DNA of 63,674 bases, counting the filler, from Octopus bimaculoides (taxonomy: Eukaryota): NCBI RefSeq assembly GCF_001194135.2. It is 6 parts of 5 records of this genome, joined end to end, with 100 filler letters (N's around TTAATTAATTAA, not from the genome) between each part and the next. Parts side by side here need not be neighbours in the genome. Positions count along the whole stretch, not along the records: positions 9,476 to 37,859 come from NC_068999.1; 5 more parts are not named here. One strand, written 5' to 3'. Within the stretch, counting starts at the first letter, position 1. Every line of letters begins with the position of its first letter. The position numbers and the translations under genes are program-made. The notes under the pieces are model-generated. The model saw only the letters and a list, made by a program, of their open reading frames with translations. It searched no databases and was not told where the DNA came from. Shown here piece after piece: positions 24,248 through 37,395 of the stretch.

Positions 24248-27200
24248 CAGACAAAATGAGAGTGGGGACAAAGATGAATATTTCTCTAGATAACACATCA
24301 TGTTGATATTGTTGTTTCTACTGAAATGTATTTCATGACTGAGTGGCGATTAAAATACATGTTTACAATTCGCCAACATTCGAGTTTGAAGCCATAACAA
24401 AAATAAAACAAAATAAACTTCAAACCTGTTTTGTAACTTATTCTATTTTAGTTTGTTTTAAGACACCTTACAAGAATCTAAAGAAGAATGGGTTATTAAA
24501 AAAATATATGCTGTAGAGGACAATATAAAACCTATATAATGAAAATTCTCACGTTTGTATGACTTAAAATAGTGTCATTTAGTACAAGAAAAGCTGGCTT
24601 CCTACCAGAAAATAATCTATTTTACTTCAGAATACATAAGGCGTGATCATTGTTCTTCAAAAATAATTCACCTGTCTGTGTTTGATGAAATCAGTGTTTG
24701 TAGTTGTATGTTAGAGTACTTTTAACTGGTTGGTGAAACGGTCTTTTCCACACAAGAAAATATATAATAGATTAGCATTTTTATTGTTTTGTCTATTTCA
24801 AATATTTTTTAAATCATCAGGGCAGCAATGAATTTGGGTGTCTAAGAGTGGTGTTTGTGAAAGTAGAAAAAAAATTGGAAGAGTGAAACTAGTGAGCATG
24901 AATGGTAGTAAACTTTTGACAAGTGTCGTCACAATCAGGACACTTATGATGTGATTGTCATCAGCTGACATGGAATTTTGAAAATAAATATATTTTTAGA
25001 CAATTCTTTTAAGGATATCTGTTTGTTACTTTGAAAGTCATTGAAATGTTAACTCATTAGGATATTACAGATACTATTAGTAAAATATGAACTGAGACAG
25101 TATATATATTTCGGTGTTGCATTCTTGGCCAGTTTTCATATTGTGGAAGCTCTTCTATAACTGAAAGTCACAACAAGTCACAAGATAACTGCAGCCAGTT
25201 TGTTCCAGGAAGGAGAAGGAGATGGAGGAGGAGGGGAGGAATGAATGAATGAATCGGTTAAGTTTCTTCTTGGCGTCATTTCTAGCTGAACTTTATCCAA
25301 AATACCAGACATTGATAAAATACCTATTCTTATGATATACCTATGATGTCTGATTTGGTAGTGTCTTGTAGATTAAGGTGATATATGCAGTAACAAGATT
25401 GAATGAATGATTCTATTAATCAATCTATCTATCTCTCTTTAGCTGTATAAGTATAAAGTCTTCCTTTTACTATGGAATCTTGTATACCATTATATAACAT
25501 GTGTTGCGTGTTCACATGTCGAAATAATACAAGAAACAAACTTTAAAATAACAGTGAGACTTTATTCCTCTGCTAAACAATACAGTGGACAAAATAAACA
25601 CATCACGGATTCTGGTGGTTGTATAATTCATCCATCGTTTAGATAATTCATCTCTAGCCGTAGTTGGTTATATGTGCTTCGTTATAACGGCAGGGAAATA
25701 ACATCACTCGCCTTCATGAAAATCGCTCACCCCTCTTTCATAGAAGTTTTGTTAACGCAATATATATGCAGAGGTAGGCTCCAGCACAGATTCAGATTAG
25801 TTGTTTGAGAATGTATTACGCACAACGTGACTGGATCCGCGATCCAATCCTGCGCAATACTTGACCGATCAAAGTACAGGGCTCAACCAATGTTCCAAAC
25901 TGAAATGATAGGCCAGAAGACCTATCACTACAGATTAACGTATGGAGCCTATAAAAGACTAGTTGACTCCAATATGCCATAATACAAATTGGTCTTGCTA
26001 CATATATCTCTCTCTCTATCTATTCATCTATCGATCTATGTCTCTATCGATCAAGAAGTATATAATATTACTATCACCATAATCTACTCTTCAACAATAA
26101 TACATTGATGTTTCTGTCGGTAAGCACTGATCGATCTCTCACCTTAAGTTCACAGTGCACTCTGGATTCTTGCTAAGCTAAGTTGATTAACTTACCACTA
26201 ATTTTGTTGAATCTTACTTCTCATCATGCATCAACTAAACTAACTTTCCAGGTAGCTCTCCAGCAAATAAACCCAACATATTTACTACTTATTTTGTTTC
26301 CAACTAGTCAGTGTACACTTAGGAACACCACCCTTAAACTGTCCTTCTTAACTCTCTTTGTTACCTCCTACTGCGAAAACTTCACCGAAAATTCAAACCC
26401 AACAAAATGATCTGTTTTGATGATATTTTTTCATTACCTTAAAACAATTGATCATGTTGGTCAATCTGGGCTGCCTTGAAGTTAAACTACAAAAACCATC
26501 CTTTAGTGTGGGTCTAAAATCATAGTCTACATCGACAGCACCAAATCATCATTTCGCTTTTAAGGAAACACTTTCTCTACATTCTCCTGGCACATAACAC
26601 ATACAATACTAACGTGTTACGCATTCAGTTCAGTATGAACCGAGATATTATAACACCATCATCAAATGTAGACTTCTTTTTCCCAGGAATAGATGTATAT
26701 GAAAATTATATTGATTAATGTTGTACTCTATTCAGATAAATTCTGTACGCCCTCAGGTGGTGTCCACAGCGGAAGCGATGGAGGTGGGACATGTTCAGAG
26801 AGTCACGTTTGCTTAACGTTGGCGTTGTAAGGTGGTGGCAATAGATTGCTGCATTCATTTTGAAACAATGGGTTTTGAAAATAAGATTGGTGTTGTGTAA
26901 AATGAAAGCACAATATGGAGGGAAGTATATTTGGTAGTGTTCCATAGAAACAGGAATTGGAGAACGAATAGAGAATGAGGAGTATCAGAGAAAGAAAGAG
27001 AGAGGAGGAGAAAAAAGAGAGAGGGGAGAAAGAAAGAGAGGGAGGGAAAAAGAGAGGGAGAGATACAGAAAGAAAAATGGCAATTAGCTACAAATTTAAG
27101 CACCAGATAGAATGTTTCGCGGTATCGCTACATTCTCCACTCTGAGTTCAAATAACACCGAAACCAACATACTTTGCTTTTCATACTTTCAAGGAAGATA

Positions 27201-27329
27201 AAAAATATCAAGGCGGTGTACTAGTAGGACTGTAAGAACGTCAGAGCGGATACCTTTGCGTTCTGAATTCAAATCATGCCATGGTCTACTTAGGTAGTAG
27301 ACTTTAGCCCTCGTTGTGACACTAGTTAA

Positions 27330-28085
27330 TTTCTCAGTAGCTTTGGTGATCGACCAATATGTTGCCACAGTGTTCATCTGCAGTGATGGGTGTACATCTT
27401 GTAATAGTTCCGAGAGGCGAGACGAAAAATCCCGCTCGACTGTGTAGTTCTTCAATTTAGAAACATTAAAGTGCCGTGCTCTCTTTGCAGATTTATTGTG
27501 GTAGGGAAGGTTTTTGCAGCCTGCACCGGGAAATGAGTAGTCGATGATCCAACCGACAGTCATTTGCACCGGGGAAGTGGAAGGTCACATTTACGTCGCT
27601 CCTGACACAGGAGCTGGTCAAGACGTAATTGCGATCGGAATAGCATAGGCTGAGACCGGCGTAAGGTGATAGTTATTGAGAAAGGGAAGGCGGAGGAACA
27701 TGAGCCGCTCACTGATAGAAGTGTGGGCCAGATTGTATCTGTTCACTCGGGAAGTTTTCACCACGAAGCCAATACCGTGTATTAGCTGCTCTGTATGATC
27801 TTTTTCTTTCTAGAGAAAAGTGTAATTCACTCCTTTACAAAGACTCCCCTCGCTCGTGTATCTTGTTTCAAATAGGGCTGCAATGTCCACATTGTAACAA
27901 TTTAGCTCCCTGCTCACTAGGCGGTCCTTCCTGTGGAGTCTCTCCAGGTCATCCAGGTCAGGAGAGTGCACACATTCCACGTTCCCAGAGTAAGGGGAGT
28001 TTTCTTTTTCTTGTTCTTGCTACCGCTGTAGTGGGTCACCGATGGCTTCAATAAGCCAAATAGAGTGGTGTTCGATGTTTACCCC
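27330..28085 (-). mobile_element. RTE-clade LINE 5' part (APE endonuclease), decayed
   Basis: Minus strand gives LTLGTWNVCTL, YNVDIAALFETR, HGIGFVV, SERLMFLRLP, NDCRLDHRLLI and the linker RHFNVSKL. Confidence 0.82.
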
Positions 28086-28089
28086 ACTT

Positions 28090-28634
28090 TTTCTAAGGGC
28101 ATCCTCGCACAATCATGAAGACTCGATGTAAGGACTATACTACCAATGAAGAGGTTCTTCTCTGGGTTGGATTACCTAGCAATGAAGCTAATGTGGCACA
28201 ACATCGACTCCGCTGGTCTGCACACATTATACGTATGCCTCAAAAGCACCTCCCCCATCAACTCCTCTTTGCGGAGTTAGCTTCAGACATCAGACAACGC
28301 AGAGCACCCAAATTCCGTTTTTGAGACCAGCTGAAGGACGCTCTCTTCCGCCGCTCTATTGACCCAAATACCTGGGAAACAAAGGAAGAGACCTGATGGA
28401 AAATAACAGACGCCAAGAGTCTCAGAGATCATACGTCGAAGATGCAAAGAGCGACTCGCACTTCTTCGTTCATCATAAATTCTCCCATGCGATAAATGTC
28501 CCCGACCCTTCTGTACCACCCTTGGTCTGAACAACCATCTCAGGCACCGCACCCTTCGTACACATCAAGCTGAAGAGGCTCAATCATTCGCTACCGATCT
28601 ACTACTCGGATACGAGTTAACGCCGACGACGATG
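28090..28634 (+). mobile_element. RTE-clade LINE 3' end, decayed
   Basis: TNEEVL..QHRLRWSAHIIRMP..LPHQLLFAEL..RQRRAPKFRF*DQLKDAL, a C-terminal C2H2-like remnant, and a GACGACGATG tail. Confidence 0.85.
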
Positions 28635-29147
28635 TATGTAGGTTATCAATCAGTTTCATTTCTGTATTTCTTGTCAATAGAGAAAGAGCCGGACTCTAAC
28701 ATAGATTCAAGGCTCCTTCATTGGAACTTTTATCAACATCATCTAGGTATTTGTGCATATGTGTGTGTGTGTGTGCAGTATTTGGTGTTAGTGTATGCGC
28801 AGATTTGTATGTTTGTTTTATGGATGCGTTTTTATGTATATATTTTCATGTCTAGGCGTATGCATATGTATTTATGCGCAGATTTGTATGTTTGTTTTAT
28901 GGATGCGTTTTTATGTATATATTNNNNNNNNNNNNNNNNNNNNNNNNNNNNNNNNNNNNNNNNNNNNNNNNNNNNNNNNNNNNNNNNNNNNNNNNNNNNN
29001 NNNNNNNNNNNNNNNNNNNNNNNNNNNNNNNNNNNNNNNNNNNNNNNNNNNNNNNNNNNNNNNNNNNNNNNNNNNNNNNNNNNNNNNNNNNNNNNNNNNN
29101 NNNNNNNNNNNNNNNNNNNNNNNNNNNNNNNNNNNNNNNNNNNNNAC

Positions 29148-30695
29148 ATATCCCAATGCCCCAACAATCACGGGTATGAATCTGAACTTGTAGTCTGGGT
29201 GGAGTATCTGCAAATTTCTCAGTAGATCGGCGTAGTTGTTCTCTTTTTCTCTAAGCTTTAGTGTGATGTTGACATCCGCAGGACAGCTGATTTCTACTAC
29301 TGTACACAGTTTCTCTTCTCTGTCCCAGATTATTATATCCGGTCTATTATGTCTGCATTTTATTGAGGTTTTTATTGGGACATTCCACCAATACTCTTTC
29401 ATATTGTGAGTGGTAATGGCCTCTACCGCATTATGGGTTTTCATCTCCTTAGCCCCGGGGTTATCCTGTCAGCGAATTTCATTGTACAGTGTCTTGGCTA
29501 CAACATCATGTCTCATAAGTAGATAATACCGTGATGACATTTTAGACAGCTGCTGATGATGTGGGTGATATCTTCGATACTGATTCCACAGAGTCTGCAT
29601 CGGTTATTACATTGTGGCGCTTTGACCGCCTCTCTGTCTCGTTTGTTTATTAGGAATTTGGTTGCTATTTCTTGTCCTTGAATAGCAAAGGCATACCCTT
29701 CAAAGTGAGAGTTGGTGACCCGATTGTTTGTCCACGATAGATTGCTCTGGTTGTCAATGTTGTTATCACCCTGGAGCTTTCTGTTAACGTATCCATGCAT
29801 GGTCTTCTGCTGGAATGCATTCATCCTCTCCTCTGATGTTATGTTACGGTAGAGTCTTGCAATTTCTTTGGGTAAGAGTTCAGGGTTGTCGAATAAGGAA
29901 TGCTTGTCAAGTAGTTGCCTTCCCAATCTCAAGGTGGTATTTACCTCATGTCTGCAGACTTCATCAAGGGTTGCACTTCAACACTTGGTGGTTATGAGAT
30001 GATGTCGAAGAGATATGACACGGCATTCAAAGGCAGTCTGAATTGATGTTAGGCCCCTCCCTCCTTTATTTCGTTTTAGGTATAGGCGGTCCACATCGCT
30101 ATTGATGTGAAAGTTGTCCGTGCTCGTTAGTATTTCCCGGGTCTTCACATCAAGGGCTCGGATTTCATCGATCGTCCAGTCAAGTATCCCGAATGTCGGT
30201 ACGAGTACTGGTACTGCAAGCACATTATTGAATGCAGAGTTCCGAGGTTCATATTTTCCTAACCCGATTTCTATATTCCTTAGTAACACGTTCCTTGTTA
30301 CAAGTACCTTCGTATGATACGTTTTCATCTACTCCTATGGATCTGTAGGATTCCTCATCAGATATTGGAGAAACAGATAGGCCATTGATGGAGATGTTAT
30401 TAGGGTGGTTTTATTTTTAGCCTTTCCTCGCTCCACAACCATATAGGAACATTTATCTTGGCCAAACTCTAGTCCTACATCACCAGAAAATGTTGTGACC
30501 AGGTCGAGGCTTTTTTCATATCATCCATGTTCTTGGCATACAATTTCAAATCATCTACAAAGAAGCAGTGCGTAATTTTGGTGTTTCTGTTTGCCTGCGC
30601 TCCAATTAGATGCCCTTCAGACTTCTTCAGCATGTATGATAATGGGTTTACCGACAGTATGAACAGCATCACAGAGAGGCTGTCTCCTTGGAATA
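29148..30695 (-). mobile_element. R4-clade RLE retrotransposon, second subfamily, 5'-truncated
   Basis: IFQGDSLSVMLF, HCFFVDDLKLY, RLYLKRNKGGRGL, CRLCG..ITHIISSC, HNRPDIIIWD..VVEISCP, IPVIVGALG; frameshifted, with the 3' end lost in a gap. Confidence 0.9.
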
Positions 30696-30750
30696 TGTAT
30701 GTATGTGTATCTGTATGTATGTATGCATGAATGTATGTATGTATGCATGC

Positions 30751-30783
<33 letters not shown>

Positions 30784-30809
30784 TGTATGTGTATTACATG
30801 CACATACAT

Positions 30810-31690
30810 AATGTGTCTGGTCTATTACATTTGCATTTTATTGAAGTTTTCGCAATATCATTCCACCAGTACTCTTTAATATTATCAGTGGTTATGGTCT
30901 CTACCACACTGTGGCTTTTTATTTGTTTGATTTCAGGATTATCCTTCCAACAGATCTCCTTGAACAGTGTCTTGGCCACAATATCATCTCTCATCAATAG
31001 ATAATAAAGTAATGCATTTTCGGAAAACTGCTTATAATATGCTGATATCTTTGATCTTAACACCACAAAATCTGCATCGCTTATCACGTTTTGGTATTTT
31101 TTCCTTTAATGCATCAGAAATTTGATAACTATTTCTTGTTCCTGAATTGCGAAGACATACGCTTCATAGTGAAAGTTAGTGATCCGGTTGTTGGTCCAAG
31201 GCAGGCTGCTATGGTTATCAATGTTGCTGTCATGCTGGGGATTTTGATAACATAATCATGCATGGCCTTCTGATGTGAAAATTATCTATGTTAGTAGCCA
31301 TAGCTAGGATTTCATCGAGCGATCAATCAAATAGCCTGAATGCTGGTATGAGTACTGGCACTGCAAGCACACTATAGGCCGCCTTTTTATTGTATGCAGC
31401 GAGTTCTGAGGTCCATATTTTTCTCATTTGCTATTATATTCTTTCAACCTAAGATATACTTTCATCTATCTCTAGATACCTGTAGCATTTCTAATCGGAT
31501 ATTTAATAAGCAGTTAAGTCGTATGTTGAAATGCTGGAACATTTATCCTGCCCAAACTCCAACCTTATATCCTTTGAGAATATTGCAACCAGGCCAAGGT
31601 TCTTTCTCATATGTATATTTCTGATGTATAGCCCCAAATCATCCACTAAGAAGTAACGTATAATCTTGGTACTTATGTCTCCCAATGAAC
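30810..31690 (-). mobile_element. Older, internally deleted copy of the same R4 subfamily
   Basis: YFLVDDLGLY, EFGQDKCS and EYWWNDIAKTSIKCKCNRPD parallel the 29148-30695 copy. Confidence 0.8.
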
Positions 31691-31718
31691 CAATGAGATA
31701 CTCTTCATACTTCTTTAA

Positions 31719-32497
31719 CCCTGCATGGTACTATGAAAAAATTACGTCAGTTTGACCACCATCGTTAAAAATGCATTTAGATACTGGAAAAAATTCTAGG
31801 GTTTTTTTTATCAAACAATGTTTATTGTCTGAATAATGTCGTGCAGTATTTCGTGTGTAAAAACTTTTATCCTGGCACTGATTGTTGACCATCTTGCTAT
31901 GCTCTTCACATCCGAAGTTATTGCCTCCACTGCAAGTGAACCTGATCTTCTTGACCTCTGATCTTGGGCAATTGAAACATCTCTCGCGTTGTGATAAATG
32001 ATGCTGGATGGTGCTTTGAACAGCAGAAGGTGCTTCTGGTAAAACTCTACAGCAGTGTTTCAGGTGTCCCCCCAATCTGTGCTGAATGTGCAGAGTGGTT
32101 AACGAAATCGGGAGTTCTTTCAAAAATTTCTGTCACTTGTGTTTCTTCTTTCCTCCAAAGGTAGGTACATTGTGAGTGAAAATGACAAATGCATTTAGTG
32201 CAGAGCTGTCAAGCATCCCATAGAAAATCCTCATTAGCCAACGATTTGTCTGTTTTGGTGTTGTATATAGGGTATACATTTGATCGTGACAATCGACACC
32301 TCCTTCTTCATGGTTATAGAACATTTATTTCTTTCCCAGTAACTTCGTCTTTCCTTTTAGTGTCATGCATAATAGATAAGAATACTATTCTACTGTTTTT
32401 CTTTGGAGAGATTGATGGTAAAGCGAAGTCGTTGATATGGTCAAATGCATATTGCGCGGTTCCTTCATATGCTTTTGTCAAGAAGATGGGAGGTTGC
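31719..32497 (-). mobile_element. piggyBac transposon, 3' half
   Basis: SPKKNSRIVFLSIMHD, YNHEEGGVDCHDQM..TNRWLMRIFYGMLD and the Cys-rich tail RERCFNCPRS..C..EHS; terminus TTAA|CCCT at 31715-31722. Confidence 0.88.
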
Positions 32498-35400
32498 TAG
32501 AAGTCCGACTCTTACCTGGACTTCTAGCAACGTCATTTACTGCATCTCCTGCTATTTCTGCCCTTCTCTGTACATCTGTCAAACAGGACGCCACTTAGCT
32601 GACCGGTTCACAGAGCACCTCCGAGACCTCAGACTCGGCAATGACACCAGTTTCGCGCCATTTCCGCTCTGCTGGTCATTCACTACAACACCTGTCTTTG
32701 CACAGGGGCCATCCAGACTCCCGCCTTCGCCGTGAACAAGAATTAATCTTCTCTCTTCGCTCCTTTGCACCACATGGGCTCAACTCCCCTCCTCTCTTCT
32801 CTTCATATGACATCTTCTTCCTCTCTTCACTCTTACACACCTCTCCTCTCTTCCTCTGACACCTACTTTCTCTCTTCACTCCTACGCACTCTTTCTCTTC
32901 ATTGATACCCCTCCACCCACACCCCACACCAATACATCCCATTCTCACATACCCCACCCCTACCAACACCTCTCCAGACCACCCAACACCCCTACCCGTT
33001 ACCACACTACATCACACCACCCACATCATTCCACTCACACCAGCACTGACCACTTCCCAGCACCCACACCAGACATCATCATCTGCACGCTTACACACCA
33101 TCATCCACATACCCACACATTACAGACGCACATACTTACACACGCACACATCCACACACGTCAAAGTCACTAGCCCCTATCAACACACACACATATATTC
33201 TCACGTACACACACACGCACGCGCACCTTCATTTTGGGATCACCAATACTTTATTATCTCCCCTTCTTTGTACTTCTCTTGTCAAACCTATTTTTTTCTT
33301 AACCAGTCGCCATGTCTGATCGCTAAATCCACAATTTTTTTATTTTCTCTCTTTATTTTCTCTTATTCCTTTCTGTTGAAGAGCGTAGGTTCGAAACGTA
33401 AAAAGCCTTTCTCCCTTTTGAGTGTCAAACTAATACACCTGCTTGTTCATACACCTTTCTTCGTCTTTTGTTTGTAAATTTCAGCTATACATTAAACGTT
33501 CACGTGATCACCCGTTTTATCCAACTCTAACCTCTTACTCTTTGAACTTACACATCTCAACTACTGCCTGAACTTTCTGCACCTATCCTCATCTACTTAC
33601 CAGCACTCCACCCGGATTACCACTGGATATACTTACAGATTTCACTGGACTCTTCCGTTGAAGAAAAATCGCTCCAATGTACCACGACGTCTGAACTTTT
33701 GAACTTTTTGTTTTTTCATACTCCGTACGTTGTTACTTTGCATTTCTTTCTCCTTTTCTTCCTTTTTTTCTTCTCTTCACGACTCTTGAATTTTTTGAAC
33801 TTTTATACTCTGTACGTCATTACTTTGCCTTTCTCTCTCCTTTTCTTCTATTTTCTTTCTTTCTTTTTTCTCCTTTTTTTTAGCATGCCCGATTACAAAT
33901 CTTTCCTCTTCCACCTTCACCATCGCGTAAAGAAACACCTTTTCACGCTTCCTTTCCACGCTTCCTTTCCACTGCTTTCAACCTTCTATTAATCTTTCCC
34001 TACTGATTTAAAAAAAACGCGGTTCTCTAGTCACGTTCCTTTCTCAGTCACTGCCCTCACCACCATCTCATCCCCAAAGGTTTCTGCCTCCATTTCTACC
34101 CCAATTTCCACTCTACTTCTGCCATCCTGTCCAGACTCCGTACTACTTCCTACCGCATTATGCGTGCCACCATTCGTTCTAATTTCTCCAAAATACACAC
34201 CCTCTACTGCCTTTTCCCTCTCGTTTATTCCACCGTTTTCTCCTCTTTTTCACCTTCCTTTGCACATTCCACTCTACGCTTCATAATCCATTTGAATCAT
34301 CTTTTCCAAGAGTTCTTCGCTCGCACTAAACGCCATAAACTCCACTCACTCCTTCATTCTGTCACAGCCGATTCCCCTACACCCACTCATCCCCCCTCCC
34401 CCCTCATCTTCACCCCAACCCTTCCGTTACTCCAACCCTCACGCACTTATTCCTCTCTCTCTTCCCCGCTTTCCACTATCCCACCGCCCCTCCCACATCT
34501 AACTCATCAACCCTCTCCCCACTTCACTCTGTTGTTACCATTCCTTCTGACCCTCTCTTTCTCCTCTCTGAGACAGAGCGCTCTCTTCTTAGTAAAGGTC
34601 TACGCGTCATCCCCCTCAATCCACCCAGTAACGAATTTCAGACTTGTGCTGATATTCNNNNNNNNNNNNNNNNNNNNNNNNNNNNNNNNNNNNNNNNNNN
34701 NNNNNNNNNNNNNNNNNNNNNNNNNNNNNNNNNNNNNNNNNNNNNNNNNNNNNNNNNNNNNNNNNNNNNNNNNNNNNNNNNNNNNNNNNNNNNNNNNNNN
34801 NNNNNNNNNNNNNNNNNNNNNNNNNNNNNNNNNNNNNNNNNNNNNNNNNNNNNNNNNNNNNNNNNNNNNNNNNNNNNNNNNNNNNNNNNNNNNNNNNNNN
34901 NNNNNNNNNNNNNNNNNNNNNNNNNNNNNNNNNNNNNNNNNNNNNNNNNNNNNNNNNNNNNNNNNNNNNNNNNNNNNNNNNNNNNNNNNNNNNNNNNNNN
35001 NNNNNNNNNNNNNNNNNNNNNNNNNNNNNNNNNNNNNNNNNNNNNNNNNNNNNNNNNNNNNNNNNNNNNNNNNNNNNNNNNNNNNNNNNNNNNNNNNNNN
35101 NNNNNNNNNNNNNNNNNNNNNNNNNNNNNNNNNNNNNNNNNNNNNNNNNNNNNNNNNNNNNNNNNNNNNNNNNNNNNNNNNNNNNNNNNNNNNNNNNNNN
35201 NNNNNNNNNNNNNNNNNNNNNNNNNNNNNNNNNNNNNNNNNNNNNNNNNNNNNNNNNNCCAATAGACTGTGTCTTCCACTATCTATAATCTCATATCCTC
35301 CTCCCGTCTCTCTCCCACCACCTCCAACCTCATTGTCTGCACTCAACGCACCCCCACCATTTACTTCCTTCCCAAAATCCACAAGCCCAACAACCCTGGC

Positions 35401-36742
35401 AGCCCATCGTCTCTGCCTGTAACTGTCCCACGGAATTGATCTCAAAATACCTCGACCGTGTCCTTTCCCCCAGTGGCTTCCCTCCCTCACACATCCATGA
35501 CACTAACCATGCTCTCCGTCTCTTCAACTCTTTTTCCTTCCCTCCTGGCCCCTCTAAACTTCTCAACCCCCAACCTGACACCACAACACTTCTTCGTCTA
35601 GCCGAACTTGTTCTCTCCCTCAACTGCTCGCGGGGGATTTTTACCAACAGTACTCGAGAGTGGCCATAGGAACGAGAATGGGTCCCAACTAAGCGAATCT
35701 GTTCGTTAGCTATGTTGAGGCCCAAATATTCTCACGATTCATTCCTGCTCTACCCTACCCACACCAAGTTCTCCATCCCTACTTCCAATTCCTCCGTCTG
35801 CGCAGGCTCTGCAGTGACAACCATGACTTTGAGACTCAGTCTCAACTCATGCCTCGCCACTTCATCCTTCGTGGATATCCACTTACTACTGTCCACACAG
35901 CCCTTGCCATGGACTTCCGTGGACCGTTTCCCCTCACCTTCCACTCCTACACCATTCTCCCAGCCTTCCGGCGACTCCAGTCCAACCGCTCCACCTCGCA
36001 CATCTCCTCCCCNNNNNNNNNNNNNNNNNNNNNNNNNNNNNNNNNNNNNNNNNNNNNNNNNNNNNNNNNNNNNNNNNNNNNNNNNNNNNNNNNNNNNNNN
36101 NNNNNNNNNNNNNNNNNNNNNNNNNNNNNNNNNNNNNNNNNNNNNNNNNNNNNNNNNNNNNNNNNNNNNNNNNNNNNNNNNNNNNNNNNNNNNNNNNNNN
36201 NNNNNNNNNNNNNNNNNNNNNNNNNNNNNNNNNNNNNNNNNNNNNNNNNNNNNNNNNNNNNNNNNNNNNNNNNNNNNNNNNNNNNNNNNNNNNNNNNNNN
36301 NNNNNNNNNNNNNNNNNNNNNNNNNNNNNNNNNNNNNNNNNNNNNNNNNNNNNNNNNNNNNNNNNNNNNNNNNNNNNNNNNNNNNNNNNNNNNNNNNNNN
36401 NNNNNNNNNNNNNNNNNNNNNNNNNNNNNNNNNNNNNNNNNNNNNNNNNNNNNNNNNNNNNNNNNNNNNNNNNNNNNNNNNNNNNNNNNNNNNNNNNNNN
36501 NNNNNNNNNNNNNNNNNNNNNNNNNNNNNNNNNNNNNNNNNNNNNNNNNNNNNNNNNNNNNNNNNNNNNNNNNNNNNNNNNNNNNNNNNNNNNNNNNNNN
36601 NNNNNNNNNNNNNNNNNNNNNNNCCTATCCACCCTACCCCCACACTCACATCTCCATCTCACTTTTCCAAACGTCAAACTAATACACCTGCTTATTGTTC
36701 AAACACTTATCTTCGTCTTGTTTTTCTGTAAATTTCAACCAT
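32498..36742 (+). mobile_element. Penelope-like element (Neptune-like GIY-YIG), partial-tandem pLTR structure, decayed
   Basis: The upstream pLTR carries GIY-YIG (SSNVIYCISC..SLYICQTGRHLADRFTEHLRD..REQELIFSL..PHGLN). Then SETERSLLSKGL and RT fragments (CPTELISKYLD, IHDTNHAL, GTRMGP). The terminal GTCAAACTAATACACCTGCTT...GTAAATTTCA.C.ATAC repeats at about 33424-33490 and 36673-36742. Two gaps inside. Confidence 0.88.
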
Positions 36743-36985
36743 ACACACACACATATTTAAGACATAAGTTAGAGGTTATGCAACCATCTAAGGGATAGAT
36801 GTATCTGTAGGCACTCCTGGTGTATTACCTCAGTATGTATGGTCCTCGTTATAAGGTATACGGTAGTAGGTAATTTACAGGTAAAACCGTGGCTTAATAT
36901 ATAGAGACGATACGAAATGGAGCAATAATTAACAATGAGAAGGGGATCATTGGTGTTTTAAAGTCATTGTTTAATTAAATTAGGA

Positions 36986-37072
36986 GTATGTTTACAGCTG
37001 TTTCTATTTATGAAAATGGGATAAAATTTGCATTTACCTCGTTACAATTGATAAACATCTTCAGAATGATTA
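36986..37072 (-). ncRNA. Second copy of that hammerhead in the inverted arm
   Basis: Reverse complement with an intact core (TCTTCAG at 37058-37064, TTTC at 37001-37004), one stem II mismatch and a weaker stem I. Confidence 0.55.
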
Positions 37073-37309
37073 TATGGCAAAGATAAAATAGAAGGAAAAA
37101 AGGAAAAGTGTTCGTTAAAGCAATAGTATTACATTTTAGGGACATACACATTTCCACGAGTCAGTAGGAGGATAAAAGAGAAGAGAGTTCGATAAAATCC
37201 ATAGTCTTGCAGCTAGTGACTTTCATATTTCCACGTGTCCGTAGGTTCCTACATTCGGTGCTTTAACGAACACTTTTCCTTTTTTCCCTTCTATTTCATT
37301 TTTGGCATA

Positions 37310-37395
37310 TAATCGTTCTGAAGATGTTTATCAATTGTAACGAGGTAAATGCAAATTTATCCCATTTTGATAAATAGAAACAGCTGTAAACATAC
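37310..37395 (+). ncRNA. Type I hammerhead ribozyme (predicted)
   Basis: CTGAAGA at 37318-37324; stem II TGTTTATCAA/TTGATAAATA (10 bp, one G-U); GAAA at 37377-37380; C-AGCT-G minimal stem III; GTA cleavage triplet at 37386-37388; short stem I GTT/AAC. Confidence 0.7.

Noticed and set aside
24915-24970. Minus-strand CTGATGA-CAATCA...TGATTG
   Set aside because: Followed by TGACG instead of GAAA, with no stem I.
26736-26827. Possible exon DKFCTPSGG...HVCLTLA
   Set aside because: Splice-like signals are present, but I found no recognisable domain or phase-matched partner exon.
28793-28923. 79-bp tandem duplication next to a gap
   Set aside because: Low-complexity sequence ending at a contig edge; likely slippage or assembly overlap.
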